A DNA stretch of 64,000 nt from Thermodesulfobacteriota bacterium (GCA_963422265.1 OY729416.1:960001-1024000), one strand, 5' to 3'; numbered from the stretch's first letter, positions 20,653-33,398 are shown. Notes: generated from the sequence alone by a model not told the origin. Numbers and translations: made by a program.

Positions 20653-23295
20653 ATGGAAGCATTGGCTGAATTTTTTCGGAACGCAGGGTGGGAAACTGTT
20701 CACTCTTTTGAGACTCCAGAACGTGAGGCAAAGTATAAAGACCAAGCTTCTCTTAAATTATCAGTGGCTTCAAACTCGGTACTATCACAATTTAAGGAAG
20801 GGATTTATGAACATCAATGGTTAGCAATCAATGAATTTCTCAAAGGAGTAAATATCTTTATATCAACCAGCACATCATCAGGAAAAACGTTGATATTTCA
20901 GATTTGCGGTCTTGAAATTATAAATAAAAACCCTAAAGCTAAAATTTTAGCCATTTATCCTCTAAAAGCTTTAGGCACAGAACAAGAGTCAAGATGGAGA
21001 GAAGTTATTTCAAAATCTGGGATCACCCATCAAGTCGGAAGGATTGATGGTGCGGTAGCACAATCTGAAAGAGAACAAATAATAAAAAACTCAGGCATTG
21101 TTATTATGACGCCTGATATAATACATGCTTGGCTTTTATCCAAGGTGTCAAACCCGTCGGTAATAGCTTTCCTCAAAAATGTAAAACTTCTTGTAATTGA
21201 TGAGGTTCATACATATTCGGGAGTTTTTGGGAGCAATAGCGCATTCCTTTATCGTAGGTTGCAACATCTTATATCTATCGCAGGTGGTAATTATCAGATT
21301 ATAGCAGCATCAGCAACAATCAAAAATCCATCCGAGCATCTTGAAAAACTAACGGGAGTAGGATTTAAAGTTATTGATGATAAACATGAAACTTCACCAA
21401 AGAAAAAAGTTAATACTATGCTTGTTAATGCACCGCAAACTAGTGATCTACTAACATCCCTCAATCTCTTAATGCAGTTCTTGGTAAATGAGACAAAATA
21501 TCAGTTTATAACATTCGTGGATAGTAGAAAGCAGACGGAATACATTGCTAATATGTCTTCTCGAAAGAGTGAAAAAGAGAATGAAATAGAATCCGAGGCT
21601 ATTGATCCTGATCCTGTTAAGAATTTATCTATATACCCTTATAGAGCTGGCTATGAAGAAATAGATAGAAATCAAATACAGGACAAGTTGTCCAAAGGGG
21701 ACATAAGGGGCGTCATTAGTACAAGCGCTTTAGAAATGGGCATAGACATACCATATCTTAATCTTGGCATATTAGTTGGCGTTCCTACTTCAGCTACAAG
21801 CTATTATCAGCGTATTGGGCGTATCGGCAGACATCAAGATGGTATTATCGTTATTGTAAATAATGGATCCATTCAAACTGAGTCTGTATTTAGAAAACCT
21901 GAGAGATTACAAAAAATCCCTTTATCTGAAAGCGCCTTGTATCTGGAAAACCCTCGCATTCAGTATATACACACCCTATGTCTTGCCCGTCAAGGTGGAG
22001 AAGACGAATCTTTAAGGGTAACACTTGGTTTAGATAGCGAGGATTTTATTCCAAATGCCAGTTTTCCTGAGCCATTTATAGAACTGTGTAATTCAGAAAG
22101 AATTGGCGAAATTTCAACGGAGTTTCAAACAATGAAGGCGCAGGCAGGAGAAGATCCCAATCATGTTTACCCTTTAAGAGACATAGATGTTCAATACAAA
22201 GTTGCATATAAGCGAGGACCAACAAGGCGCCCTTTAGGTTCTCTCAACTTTAACCAAGTAATGAGGGAAGCCTACCCCGGGGCAGTCTATTATTATCAAA
22301 CAGAAACATTTAGAGTTTTCCGTGTCAATAATCACGAGCGTTCAATTGAAGTCAGACCAGAAAAAAAATACATAACCAGACCAACGATGCTACCAACACT
22401 GATCTTCCCCAATCTATCGGAGGGTAACGTTATTCAATCGAAAAAATTTGGTGATTTAACCATTGTGGAATGCAACCTTCAGATTCGTGAGTCTATAGAT
22501 GGTTTTAAAGAGAAAAGAGGTCCAAATGAGTTCAACATTCAGTATCCACTGGATAAGTTGCTAGGACTGTATTTTGACATGAAGAGGTTCACTAAAAACT
22601 ATTTCACCTCTGGGATCATAGTAAATCATCCATCACTCAACCAAAATGTAAAAGGCTTATTGTTAGCAGAAATGATCTACGAAGCTTTCTTAATGGTTAT
22701 ACCGTTTGAGCGACGAGATATTAGCTACGGTTCTGATAGTCACAGAGCAGAAAGGAAAGATTTTAGCAAAGGAGACAAATTTATATCCATTTTTGATCAA
22801 ACTTACGGGAGCTTGAGGCTAACAAGTAAGTTTCTTAATTATGACGTAATAGAAAAAGTGTTTTCTTATGCTATAGAAATTGCTGAAAACGACCCTAGAT
22901 ACAATTGCTATCAGGAGGAAATAGATACTATAAAAAGTATCAGGGTAGATTTAAGTAATAATTCTGAGGAGAATCTATTTATTGCAAATGAAGATAATCT
23001 ATCAGCGGATGATAATCACGAGAAGGTTATTCTCCCAGAATCTGTTGGGTTAGATATAAAGAAAGGAAATGAAGAATTCTTTGTAGAAGGCGTATTTTAT
23101 GACCCTAAACTCGGTCTTTCATATAGAGGACGTCATCTATCTGAGACGAGCGACAAATGGACAAAATCAACAAGGAAAGCAAGCCCTCCCGTGATAATTA
23201 TTCCAGTATCTAGGTTACGCGAAGTGCCAGGGTACAGTAAAATGGGGCTTTATAATTATGGAACGGGAGTGATTGTTAAAAGTGATATTTCATAA
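20653..23295 (+). CDS. DEAD/DEAH-box SF2 helicase, MrfA/YprA-like
   Basis: TSSGKT, YPLKALG.EQ, VIDEVHTYSGVFGSN, SATI.NP, STSALEMGIDI, QRIGRIGR; AT-rich. Confidence 0.88.
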   Translation: MEALAEFFRNAGWETVHSFETPEREAKYKDQASLKLSVASNSVLSQFKEGIYEHQWLAINEFLKGVNIFISTSTSSGKTLIFQICGLEIINKNPKAKILAIYPLKALGTEQESRWREVISKSGITHQVGRIDGAVAQSEREQIIKNSGIVIMTPDIIHAWLLSKVSNPSVIAFLKNVKLLVIDEVHTYSGVFGSNSAFLYRRLQHLISIAGGNYQIIAASATIKNPSEHLEKLTGVGFKVIDDKHETSPKKKVNTMLVNAPQTSDLLTSLNLLMQFLVNETKYQFITFVDSRKQTEYIANMSSRKSEKENEIESEAIDPDPVKNLSIYPYRAGYEEIDRNQIQDKLSKGDIRGVISTSALEMGIDIPYLNLGILVGVPTSATSYYQRIGRIGRHQDGIIVIVNNGSIQTESVFRKPERLQKIPLSESALYLENPRIQYIHTLCLARQGGEDESLRVTLGLDSEDFIPNASFPEPFIELCNSERIGEISTEFQTMKAQAGEDPNHVYPLRDIDVQYKVAYKRGPTRRPLGSLNFNQVMREAYPGAVYYYQTETFRVFRVNNHERSIEVRPEKKYITRPTMLPTLIFPNLSEGNVIQSKKFGDLTIVECNLQIRESIDGFKEKRGPNEFNIQYPLDKLLGLYFDMKRFTKNYFTSGIIVNHPSLNQNVKGLLLAEMIYEAFLMVIPFERRDISYGSDSHRAERKDFSKGDKFISIFDQTYGSLRLTSKFLNYDVIEKVFSYAIEIAENDPRYNCYQEEIDTIKSIRVDLSNNSEENLFIANEDNLSADDNHEKVILPESVGLDIKKGNEEFFVEGVFYDPKLGLSYRGRHLSETSDKWTKSTRKASPPVIIIPVSRLREVPGYSKMGLYNYGTGVIVKSDIS

Positions 23296-23342
23296 CAATA
23301 TAGTGCAGCGTTCAGAGAAGAATCTTAGGTGAACACTGAGTT

Positions 23343-23509
23343 GCTCAAGCATGTCTCGTATCTCTCCCGAATGCTTCGCATCATCCGTATCGGTCTGCCT
23401 TCCTTTAGTTTCAAGCACAAGAAAGTCACCACTTACCAGTCGGACGAGAAAATCCGAGCGGTATCTTCCGACCGTACCATTGTAAACGTAAAGAACGTCA
23501 AAACCTAGA
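23343..23509 (-). pseudogene. Remnant second copy of the type III res 3' end with a 78-nt internal deletion
   Basis: Aligns by eye to 28652-28896: LGFDVLYVYNGTVGRYRSDFLVRL..LVLETKG versus LGFDVLYIYNGVVRRYRPDFLIRL..LVLETKG. Confidence 0.9.
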
Positions 23510-23717
23510 CATTGGATAGAGTCGTTGATGCCGCTTTGGTGCGTATTGGTGGTCATGGGCTTGACAATAAAGTTGAGCTAAGGATTTTGAAGCCTATCCC
23601 TACGAAAGTCACTTGAGGTAAAAACTGAAGGAGTCGTTTAATGTGTCGATCCATGCAGAAGTAATAAACGGGGGTGAATAACAACTCCTGTTATAATCAG
23701 GATAGGTCACTGCTGGG

Positions 23718-26005
23718 CTACTCGGGGACATGAATATTGAACTCCGCCTTCCATAGCTGCCCTTCGGCGGTGTATTGGCCGGTTGTCACCCGGGCGATCA
23801 GATAGTCCGGCAACCCGCGCACCGCCACACAGCGACCATCGTCCACAAATCCATAGTGGTCAAAGTAGAAGTCCATGTTGTCGAAATCGTATCTCCTGCG
23901 AAATTTGGGAAGATCCCCTTGATCCACTGGGAAGACGTGCAGGAAGAAGGGTCGCACGGTGTCTGTCTCTGTGCACTGTTCCTTCACATACACCAATCGT
24001 CCCTCGTCAGCATATACATCGAAGCCAGATCGGATAATCGGCTCGCCGGTCATGAGTTTCTCATACGACGAACGGAGCTCGGCTACCTCTAACAAGAAAC
24101 TTGCCTCCCATATCGTTTTCGATACCCCGCTTTTGTGGATGTACTGGCCGGTGCTGATTTGGGCAATAGGGTAGTCGGGAAGGTCGCGCGCCACGACGCA
24201 GACGGCTACCCCTTCTCTTTCTCCGCGATCCATCCGCCGCAAGAAATTGAAGTCCAGGTTGTCAAAACCGAATTGCTTGCGGTCGCTGGAAAGGTCACCC
24301 AGATTAACCGGGTGCAGGTGCAGGAAAATATTTGGAGCTGTGTTATCATTGCCGCACTCTTCTGTGACATAGATCAATTTATCCTCATCATAATAGACCT
24401 CGAATCTTTGCTGGACAATTGGATCGCCAATATCCTGAGATCGGGCTATAAGCGACTCGGCATCGTAGTCGCGATCCACCCAAAGATTCGTCGGCGGGTT
24501 GTGCAGATGCAGCGCGATCGCGAAGGCAAGCAGAGCAATACCGGCCGCGTAGCGCCAGTTGATGCTTTGCCTGAGACGGCTAAGCCACGGGTGTCTGTCC
24601 GCGGCGCTGGAGACCCATTGCGGGATTTGGCTGTACGTAATCGCAAGGATGAAGCACGACCAGCAAAAGGCTAAGGGCACGAACATGAATCGCGCAGTAC
24701 GGAAAGGATGGTTTGTAGGCAGTACAAAGTGGACGCAGGCCAGCAGCATAACGCCGACGAGCCACAGAATATTCCAGACAAGCTCAGGCCGCCCGCGCCG
24801 GGAGCGAAAGCTGGCGAATAATACCGCCCCGAGCAAAGCCAGCGCGGAAAGGATGGTTATAGCAATTCCCACAACCGGGCTGATTGACAACAGTTCCCAG
24901 AAAGTACCTATGTCGCGACCAGATGCATCTGTGGCCTCCGGGGAGATTACCCTGCCTAAATGGTAAGATGATTGGGCAAAGAAACTCTCTGCTACACCCT
25001 TGCCCGGATGAGCAGGTTTGCCGGCAATATCCTCGTCATAATGGTAGTAGATCCCGTCGGCGGCAGCTTGTTCATGAACGATTAGTTTGACAACCTGACC
25101 TGACATAAAGCAAAGAACAAACCCGATGATGTAAAGCGCCATGTAGCCACCTACCCGCCAGGCCCGGTTGATCACGTTCAGACCTTCGTGTCCCAACCAG
25201 CCAATCAGTCCAATCAGGGTAATGGACAGGAAGTTGTGGCCGTCGAACATCCACAGATAGGACGACACCATGCCAGCAACGAAGCAAAACAGCGGCACCG
25301 CCCGCGCGCCACCCCGCCACCTCAGCAGCAAAGCCAGAATGGCCGCCGCTAGCACTGCCCACATATGGGGGAGTCCATTCTCCACACCCGAAAAATACCG
25401 GATGCCGGAGAAGAAAGACCCGAACACAATCAGAGGAGAAGCAACCAGCAACGCCCGCCATCCCAACGGCAGCAAAGCACCGGCGAGCAGCAGATAAGCG
25501 CCATAGGTGGCAAACTGGATGAAGTGAAAGCAATCAACAACAGACACCCAGCGCAGCGCAATAGCGAAGAGCGCCTTGCTGCCCCACCAGTACCGAGGCT
25601 TCAGCCTGGCGGTGTCTGTCACCGTCCCAAAGGACGTGCCCCTTAGTTCAACGCAATAGTCACCACTGGGTACGAATTCTCTTCTGAATGTCAGCGGCAG
25701 CACGGCATCCACCAAAGACCGTTTTTCGCCGGCGACTTCTTCCCCCAACGCACCCGCTATCACCGACAACGACGCTTGACAGTATGCCCACGAAGATGAA
25801 TAGCCCGAGGCGTATCCTACGTAGCTCTCCAGCAGGCTGGCCGCGATGTCGTCGGAGAATCTTTGCTTCGCCTGCCCGTAAGGAAGCTGATTGCCGAGAT
25901 GATGCAGAAAGAAAAAGAAAGCTGTGCCTAGTATGAGGACTTTAGCGTATATCCCAAGAGAGCGACACGTCGAATCCAGGGACTTACCGTCAAGCCGTGG
26001 CAGCG

Positions 26006-26009
<4 letters not shown>
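23718..26009 (-). CDS. Polytopic membrane protein (possible GT-C glycosyltransferase) with two tandem C-terminal extracytoplasmic repeats
   Basis: RYWWG motif and many TM segments; repeat LxYV.E.C.....FLH..PV...DL...R....FDN.DF.F....C...R.LPDY.IA...TGQY occurs twice; overlaps the GT2 stop. Confidence 0.65.
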
Positions 26010-27283
<1,274 letters not shown>

Positions 27284-27366
27284 TACTCCTTTTTATACTT
27301 GTATACGGTTTTACATTTATATGATTGTGAATAATTTATCGTTACTAAATTCAGAGTTATTATAAT

Positions 27367-27657
27367 CTAAAAACTGAAGTCATCGTGAGGTTTGTAAAGA
27401 TATGTGCCACCAAGAGAGATCGGAGATATGGTAAACCAGTCAGGATGCCCGCTAATATAAGATTCTACCTCCTCATAAGATAATTGGGAATCTCGTCCAA
27501 TGCCACCTATGGAACACCACTCATCCCCATCTTCCCCAAACGCGAGGAGAATTTTTTTGCCAATGCCGTCGCTGAAAGGGCTGCTCACCATATCCAACCT
27601 CTTTATAAACTTATCTTGTTTCTTACTTTTTGAAACAATCTTCTCTAATGTTTTCAC
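27367..27657 (-). CDS. Small hypothetical protein
   Basis: 96-aa ORF, GTG start, no recognised motif. Confidence 0.45.
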   Translation of the reverse strand: MKTLEKIVSKSKKQDKFIKRLDMVSSPFSDGIGKKILLAFGEDGDEWCSIGGIGRDSQLSYEEVESYISGHPDWFTISPISLGGTYLYKPHDDFSF

Positions 27658-27829
27658 TTAAGATATCCACATATTTTATCCTCAAAACCTTTCCCCTTCA
27701 ATTTTTTCTTCACAGTATAAGGACGAGCAACCTTGGGAACAGTATTATGAAGCTCGAACGATACGCCTCCTCCGGAATTCGGATTTAGACTTGAAACGGA
27801 ACAGAAATGGTTTTAAGATTTAGATTGAG

Positions 27830-28474
27830 ATGATACTTTCTACCCTGCTCACTGTTCATATCGTAGCGGGATCCGTGTCGCTGCTGATGGCATTGGCTGC
27901 CTTGATCGCAACCAAAGGAAAACGTATCCACATCATATCCGGACGAATTTATGCATCGGCGATGACTTTGGTATTTTTTACGTCCCTGCCTCTATCCATA
28001 TATGAAGGCAACGTGTTTCTGTTGCTGATTGCTTTGTTCAGCTTTTATCTGGTTTTTGCTGGATGGCGTTTTGCTCGCAACCGCCGGGGACATCCTCATT
28101 GGGTGGACTGGACAGCTATGTTCCTTATGGGGTTTACTGGATTGGGGATGTGGATTTACAGCATAATTATGTTGACTCGCGGAGAGGATCAATGGGTAAC
28201 GATGCTTGTGTTTGGGTGTATCAGTATGGGGCTGACTCTTGCAGACGGCAGGTTTTATCTGCGTTCGGCAAAGGGACGCAGCCCTGTGCAGTGGCAACGC
28301 ATCCAGCGGCATCTGACTGGCATGATGGCTGGAACTATCGCTACGGTTACAGCCGTGATGGTGGTTAACGTCGATCTTGGTCCCGTGTGGCTGCCGTGGC
28401 TGTTGTCTACTATAGTTATCTCACCGCTGATAGTATGGTGGAACGTGCGTATTGCGCTGAAAGCTCGCCGTTAG
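27830..28474 (+). CDS. DUF2306-like membrane protein
   Basis: HIVAG..SL...ALIATKG...H...GR.Y; RHL..M.AG.IA..TA; ~6 TM segments. Confidence 0.75.
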   Translation: MILSTLLTVHIVAGSVSLLMALAALIATKGKRIHIISGRIYASAMTLVFFTSLPLSIYEGNVFLLLIALFSFYLVFAGWRFARNRRGHPHWVDWTAMFLMGFTGLGMWIYSIIMLTRGEDQWVTMLVFGCISMGLTLADGRFYLRSAKGRSPVQWQRIQRHLTGMMAGTIATVTAVMVVNVDLGPVWLPWLLSTIVISPLIVWWNVRIALKARR

Positions 28475-28640
28475 CTTTGAGGAACTCAGGATAATCCAAC
28501 CTACACCACGTCGCATTGTCGTAACTACCCTGAAAAAACGTTCAAGGAGAAAACAGATCTGCCATATAAACACAATGAAAAAGCTTGTCCGTAAACTGAG
28601 GAGTCGACGTCCTTACATGCCTGCAATCTAACAAGAGAGA

Positions 28641-31418
28641 TTATATTAACCGCTCAAGCACGTCCCTTATCTCTCCTGGATGCCTTACCACGTCGAACCT
28701 CCACTGTCCAAAACCGCCGTGAGCACTTACGGCTTTGACCCACTCTTTCATATATTCATGCTTTGCATCGTCCGCGTTGGTCTGCTGCCCTTTTGTTTCA
28801 AGCACAAGAAAGTCGCCATTTGCCAGTCGGATGAGAAAATCGGGACGGTATCTTCTGACCACGCCATTGTAAATATAAAGAACGTCAAAACCTAGATGAT
28901 CGTTTTTGACCCATGCAGCAACCGCTTCATTGTTATCTAGCTGAAAAGAGTCGGAAGATTCCCACGGGCTGTCAAATACGCAATAGTTGATATGGCTTTT
29001 TTTCGTCCATTCGCAAGGTTTTCCCGTTCCCCAAGGACGCATATCGCCAGTAGATCTAATAGGGTGGCCAGTATCAAAAATAATTTCCATTTTCTCAGTG
29101 TTGTTAAACTCTATAGCACGCCAAAAATGATTGATAACTTTCGACATGTTTAACTTTATTACAAGCTGTCTCCTCCTTTTATCTCTATTGAAAAGCTCAG
29201 GAGATATTTGAATTCTATCTGAATCTATATACTGCTCTGTGAGGCGTACAAGTTCCGCCATCAGCACGGACGGAGAAGCCTGCCAAGTAGGTTTCATCTT
29301 TTGCCAGATGGATTGAGCCGCTTTGAAAATAGCCGTCTGTTTGCGCAGCCTCTTCATCAACTCTTCAACGTCTATGTCCTTGATTTTGGAAACGTCTGGA
29401 TTATTATCAATTGTTGGAGCAATTTCTACTATTTGCACAGTTTTTGAGGCATTAAGTTCTAACGACCTGACCTTACTCCAATCGACGGAAAGCTCCGGCT
29501 TGTATGTCCTATCTATTCTTATGACGTTGGGCCATTTGATGAAGAATTCTTTTTTCTCTTCAAAGGGTTTGACAACTATTTTAGGCGACGGAGGTGGTGC
29601 ATCTACACCGCCCTCCTCGTGAGGAAGAAAACTGAACGGCACGCCGAATACGTTGACGTATTCCGCATCAAATAGTCCAGTATTTTCGTTAATTTCATAA
29701 GAGGCGCGTCTGAGACCGCGCCCGACTACCTGTTCACAGAGAAGTTGACTTGTGAAGGCACGCAATCCCATGATTTGTGTAACCGTTCGCGCGTCCCAAC
29801 CTTCGGACAACATCCCAACGGAGATAACGTTCTGTATCTTTTCTCCCAGCTCACCGAGTTGTCCAACCGTATTGACTTGCTTTCTGAGTATCTCGGACTG
29901 CTCTTTCTGCGTAATTTTTTGTCCTTTGGTCCCTTCACTATCCGCTGACTTCACCGCTTGTTGTAGCTCCGGTTCATTTTGCTCAGCCTGTTTCAATACT
30001 TTTGAGTCTATGTGCAAAATGCCTTCGGGGGCGCACAGCGAGTCAACCATTATGTCCTTGTTGTCAAACGCGTGCTTGATCCTAGCCGCCGTTTCAGTGC
30101 GGTTGGCAACCGTAATTATCACTGGAGGGGTTTCACGCCCGTCCCAATTCTCTTTTGTTCTTTGCCAGTCCGAACCCAACAAAGCGTAGGCGTTTATTAC
30201 AAGATCGGGTAACGGCTCGTGAGTTTCCGCCCTGCGGTTTAGATCGTCTTTGACTTCGGGGTCGTTGTAAATGTGGTAGAGGCGGGATTTATAGGTTGTG
30301 GCGTCCGGCGCGGCGTCATCGCGCACAACGATGCGCGGCGTTTTGACGAGACCTGATTCAATGGCGTCATTTAGTCCAAAGTCGCTGACGGTCCATCCAA
30401 ACAACGCTTCTTCTGACGTTTTCCTTCCACTCGGCACAAAAGGGGTGGCGGAAAAATCAAAACAGTTCAAAATCCCCCGCGTTTTATGTATGCGGTCAAG
30501 CCCGCCAATCCACTTCGTAGCTTCTTCTATTTCCTCTTTTTTAACGCCTTTTATCTTTGACCCGGCGGGAACGCGCCAAGCATGATGCGCCTCGTCATTG
30601 ATAACAACCAGCTTATGGGAGGTTGCCATATCCCCTAACACTTCACGGACATATGCTTCATCACTTTTTGCACCTCGTTTATCAACACCTTTCTTCTTTC
30701 TTATTCTTTCCTCAGTTTCCCAATTTAGGATGTGCCAGTTTCGTATAAGAATCTTTGCCTGTAAGAGCTTCTCTCTCAAAGACAGCGGGACAACGCCAAA
30801 TTCGTCGTAGTAGCTTGTTTTTGAAGGGATAAGGACGGAAAGGCGTTCCCTGACCGTGAGATTGGGGGCTACAATAAAAATATTCTGAGAAAAACGCCCG
30901 TCCCTTGGGTAGGTTGCGCGGTTAATTGCCTGCCACACAATCAGCATCGCCATAACAACGGTTTTCCCTGTTCCAGTGGCGAGTTTGCAGCACAAGCGGC
31001 GAAACTCTCCTCCGTCAGTTGGAATATCCATACCCGCCTTTTCGGAATCAGGAGATTCAATAAGCCATATCAGCGTTTCAATCGCCTCTATCTGGCAGAA
31101 GAAAAACGGATAACCCCTCTGCTCGTTATCTTTCCAGTGTTCAAGCAGTGTTTTTGTAATGCCGGTAATTCCCGGGTAGCCCGCGTCGCGCCAAGCGTCA
31201 ACGCGCTGGCGTATTTGATTTACAAGCGGCAGTTCAACAAAGACTCCCCAATCCTGATAGGGATTCACCGTAGGATCGGCAATCATATACCCAGCCTTGC
31301 GACGCCCTTGTTTAAGCTCAAGAGGCCTTCCTTCCTCAACAAATTGCCAGTGTTTGGAAGGTTCAGTATATGGGGAGTTGATGATGAGGGTGGAATGGTG
31401 GTAGTTGTCTTTCTTCAT
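28641..31418 (-). CDS. res: Type III restriction endonuclease Res subunit (helicase plus PD-(D/E)xK nuclease)
   Basis: FFCQIEAIET, LATGTGKT, INDEAHH, SATP, MLSEGWD, EQVVGRGLR, YRPDFL...LETKG. Confidence 0.93.
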   Translation of the reverse strand: MKKDNYHHSTLIINSPYTEPSKHWQFVEEGRPLELKQGRRKAGYMIADPTVNPYQDWGVFVELPLVNQIRQRVDAWRDAGYPGITGITKTLLEHWKDNEQRGYPFFFCQIEAIETLIWLIESPDSEKAGMDIPTDGGEFRRLCCKLATGTGKTVVMAMLIVWQAINRATYPRDGRFSQNIFIVAPNLTVRERLSVLIPSKTSYYDEFGVVPLSLREKLLQAKILIRNWHILNWETEERIRKKKGVDKRGAKSDEAYVREVLGDMATSHKLVVINDEAHHAWRVPAGSKIKGVKKEEIEEATKWIGGLDRIHKTRGILNCFDFSATPFVPSGRKTSEEALFGWTVSDFGLNDAIESGLVKTPRIVVRDDAAPDATTYKSRLYHIYNDPEVKDDLNRRAETHEPLPDLVINAYALLGSDWQRTKENWDGRETPPVIITVANRTETAARIKHAFDNKDIMVDSLCAPEGILHIDSKVLKQAEQNEPELQQAVKSADSEGTKGQKITQKEQSEILRKQVNTVGQLGELGEKIQNVISVGMLSEGWDARTVTQIMGLRAFTSQLLCEQVVGRGLRRASYEINENTGLFDAEYVNVFGVPFSFLPHEEGGVDAPPPSPKIVVKPFEEKKEFFIKWPNVIRIDRTYKPELSVDWSKVRSLELNASKTVQIVEIAPTIDNNPDVSKIKDIDVEELMKRLRKQTAIFKAAQSIWQKMKPTWQASPSVLMAELVRLTEQYIDSDRIQISPELFNRDKRRRQLVIKLNMSKVINHFWRAIEFNNTEKMEIIFDTGHPIRSTGDMRPWGTGKPCEWTKKSHINYCVFDSPWESSDSFQLDNNEAVAAWVKNDHLGFDVLYIYNGVVRRYRPDFLIRLANGDFLVLETKGQQTNADDAKHEYMKEWVKAVSAHGGFGQWRFDVVRHPGEIRDVLERLI

Positions 31419-31424
31419 CAGAAT

Positions 31425-31898
31425 TTACGCTCGGCCTTTTACTTCACTCCACGACAACGACTTATCACATTTAACGTGTGTAATTCTCGCTTTTTTGCCA
31501 TTATAACGTATTTTAATCTTCTGAAATTCCCTGCTGGACTTTCCGTGTCCGAGACTTTGAGAGACTAATACCGGATAACACATAAATTGTTTGTTGTGGT
31601 GCTTCTTAAAAAAGTCAATCCCCCCATTCAACTGTTTTTTCACTTCACTCGGCTTCACCCACTTACTTTTAAACTCTACAGGAAGAAGAAATATAGAAGC
31701 GCCCTCCTTAACTACAATTATGTAGTCGCACCTCTTACTTTTAATTTGAGCTAGTTCTTGTTCGGTAACGCGATCAATATCCAGAATAACCTTTTCGCTT
31801 GGAAAGGCATCCAGATTGAGCTTGCATTCCTGTTTTTTGCAAGAGTTGCAGGTGCATTCACCAAATTTGTTTTTCAGGTAGGAGACAATGGAACTCAT
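31425..31898 (-). CDS. Hypothetical protein, possible PD-(D/E)xK nuclease fold, partner of the AAA ATPase
   Basis: RCDYII.......LPVEFKS...VKKQL; ATGA overlap with the ATPase. Confidence 0.6.
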   Translation of the reverse strand: MSSIVSYLKNKFGECTCNSCKKQECKLNLDAFPSEKVILDIDRVTEQELAQIKSKRCDYIIVVKEGASIFLLPVEFKSKWVKPSEVKKQLNGGIDFFKKHHNKQFMCYPVLVSQSLGHGKSSREFQKIKIRYNGKKARITHVKCDKSLSWSEVKGRA

Positions 31899-33355
31899 CC
31901 TTGATGTTCTATATTATCAAGTTTCTCCAAAATCCCTATGCTTTCGTTGTATAAATCTGAAGAGACCTCGTCGTGGTCCTCAGAGAATAGACCGTTTTCC
32001 TTGTCAAAATGCAGTCTCTCAACAATCGTTCCTTCTTCTCGTTGATTAAATACGTAGGCACTAACTTCTTCCTCTTCCAATTTCGTTAATTTGCTACCGT
32101 GTTTGGTTGCCGTCAATTTTGAAGAGCGAACATGGTTCGCAAGTTGATCCAGAAAATAGTCGCTGTGCGTTGTTACCATAACCCGAACGCCTGCACGGAC
32201 TAAACTAACAACGGTTCTCGCGATGCCTCTTTGGGCTTCAGGATGTAGGTGCGCTTCTGGTTCTTCAATAATCAGCAAATCCCCTTTCTTTACTTTGTAT
32301 CTAAGAAAGAGAACAACGGGAGCTAGTTCTGAAACCATCGATGAGGAATGCACCAATGGAACTTTAAGTGTTTTCTGCTTATATGAAAATTGCGGATATT
32401 GGGTCGCTTCTGAAACTTCTGTTTTAATGGAACCATGAAGTATTTTTTTTTCTATCTCGTCCGCCACTGCTGCCACATCGGGATCAAGAATGTGCGAAGT
32501 ATCTATATGTATAATTTCTTCTAAAAAGTCAGATACAATCCCCCTCAAAGGAGGAGAAGTAAGTTGTGATGGGAGAGCAGTTTGTTTTATAAGCGTTCTG
32601 GTTATAAACTGTTGGGTTTCCACAAGTCCGGTCCTTCCCGCTGGTAGGCAGAAAGGTTTTGCCTGAGTGATAGAACTAAAAATCTCTTCTGATATCTGTT
32701 CAAGGAGCTGACATAGTTTTCTTTCAATTTCTCTTTCGGAACGCATGTCTCTCGGTAAATCTCTCAACCTTATTTCAGAGCTACTCAGATAGTTCTTGTT
32801 CACATGGGGAGTTAAGTCATTTGAATTAAGCGTAAGCGTAAAACCTTGTTCATCGTTTTCCATCTCAAGGCTAAACTTATCACTCAAGAAATTAAGATTG
32901 AATTTATCACTCAAGAGACTTTTCCCGTGATAAATGCCCATGCAACGAGAAATCTCTATGTGGAACTTATAATTTACTGCCATTTTTATCCCTTCCTTGG
33001 TCCAGCTTTTAATCCCTTCAGGCAAATCCGACAATTTGACGCTTTTTATATCTCCTTTTAACAACTTTATTAGCCAATTATCTATATTTTCGGGTGCAAT
33101 CCCAACTTCTGTTTCTATACTTATAGTTTCTACTAATCCTTCCCCTATTGGACTACAACCACATATAAATAAGGGGAGAAAATTGAGATTCTCAAAAGAA
33201 TGAAACAAAGAATAAATAAGCACTGCAAGATACGACTTGCCCGTATTGCTTGGACCAATAAAAACCGTCAGCGGACAAAGCTCAATATCTATTGCCTCCT
33301 TAATGGGTCCGTAATTCCTAACAGAAATTTTCACGTTGCTTTTTGGCGTTTCCAT
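31895..33355 (-). CDS. ABC-type AAA ATPase (AAA_15/AAA_21-like)
   Basis: NYGPIK, LTVFIGPSNTGKS, PAGRTG, SSSMVSELAP, IIEEPEAHLHP, TTHSDY. Confidence 0.92.
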   Translation of the reverse strand: METPKSNVKISVRNYGPIKEAIDIELCPLTVFIGPSNTGKSYLAVLIYSLFHSFENLNFLPLFICGCSPIGEGLVETISIETEVGIAPENIDNWLIKLLKGDIKSVKLSDLPEGIKSWTKEGIKMAVNYKFHIEISRCMGIYHGKSLLSDKFNLNFLSDKFSLEMENDEQGFTLTLNSNDLTPHVNKNYLSSSEIRLRDLPRDMRSEREIERKLCQLLEQISEEIFSSITQAKPFCLPAGRTGLVETQQFITRTLIKQTALPSQLTSPPLRGIVSDFLEEIIHIDTSHILDPDVAAVADEIEKKILHGSIKTEVSEATQYPQFSYKQKTLKVPLVHSSSMVSELAPVVLFLRYKVKKGDLLIIEEPEAHLHPEAQRGIARTVVSLVRAGVRVMVTTHSDYFLDQLANHVRSSKLTATKHGSKLTKLEEEEVSAYVFNQREEGTIVERLHFDKENGLFSEDHDEVSSDLYNESIGILEKLDNIEHQG

Positions 33356-33398
33356 AATTCTATCTCTCCGACTACGTTACCTCAAACATACTCAAACT

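Noticed and set aside
23290-23556. 88-aa ORF as a real gene
   Set aside because: Chimera of the deleted res remnant and unrelated flanking sequence.
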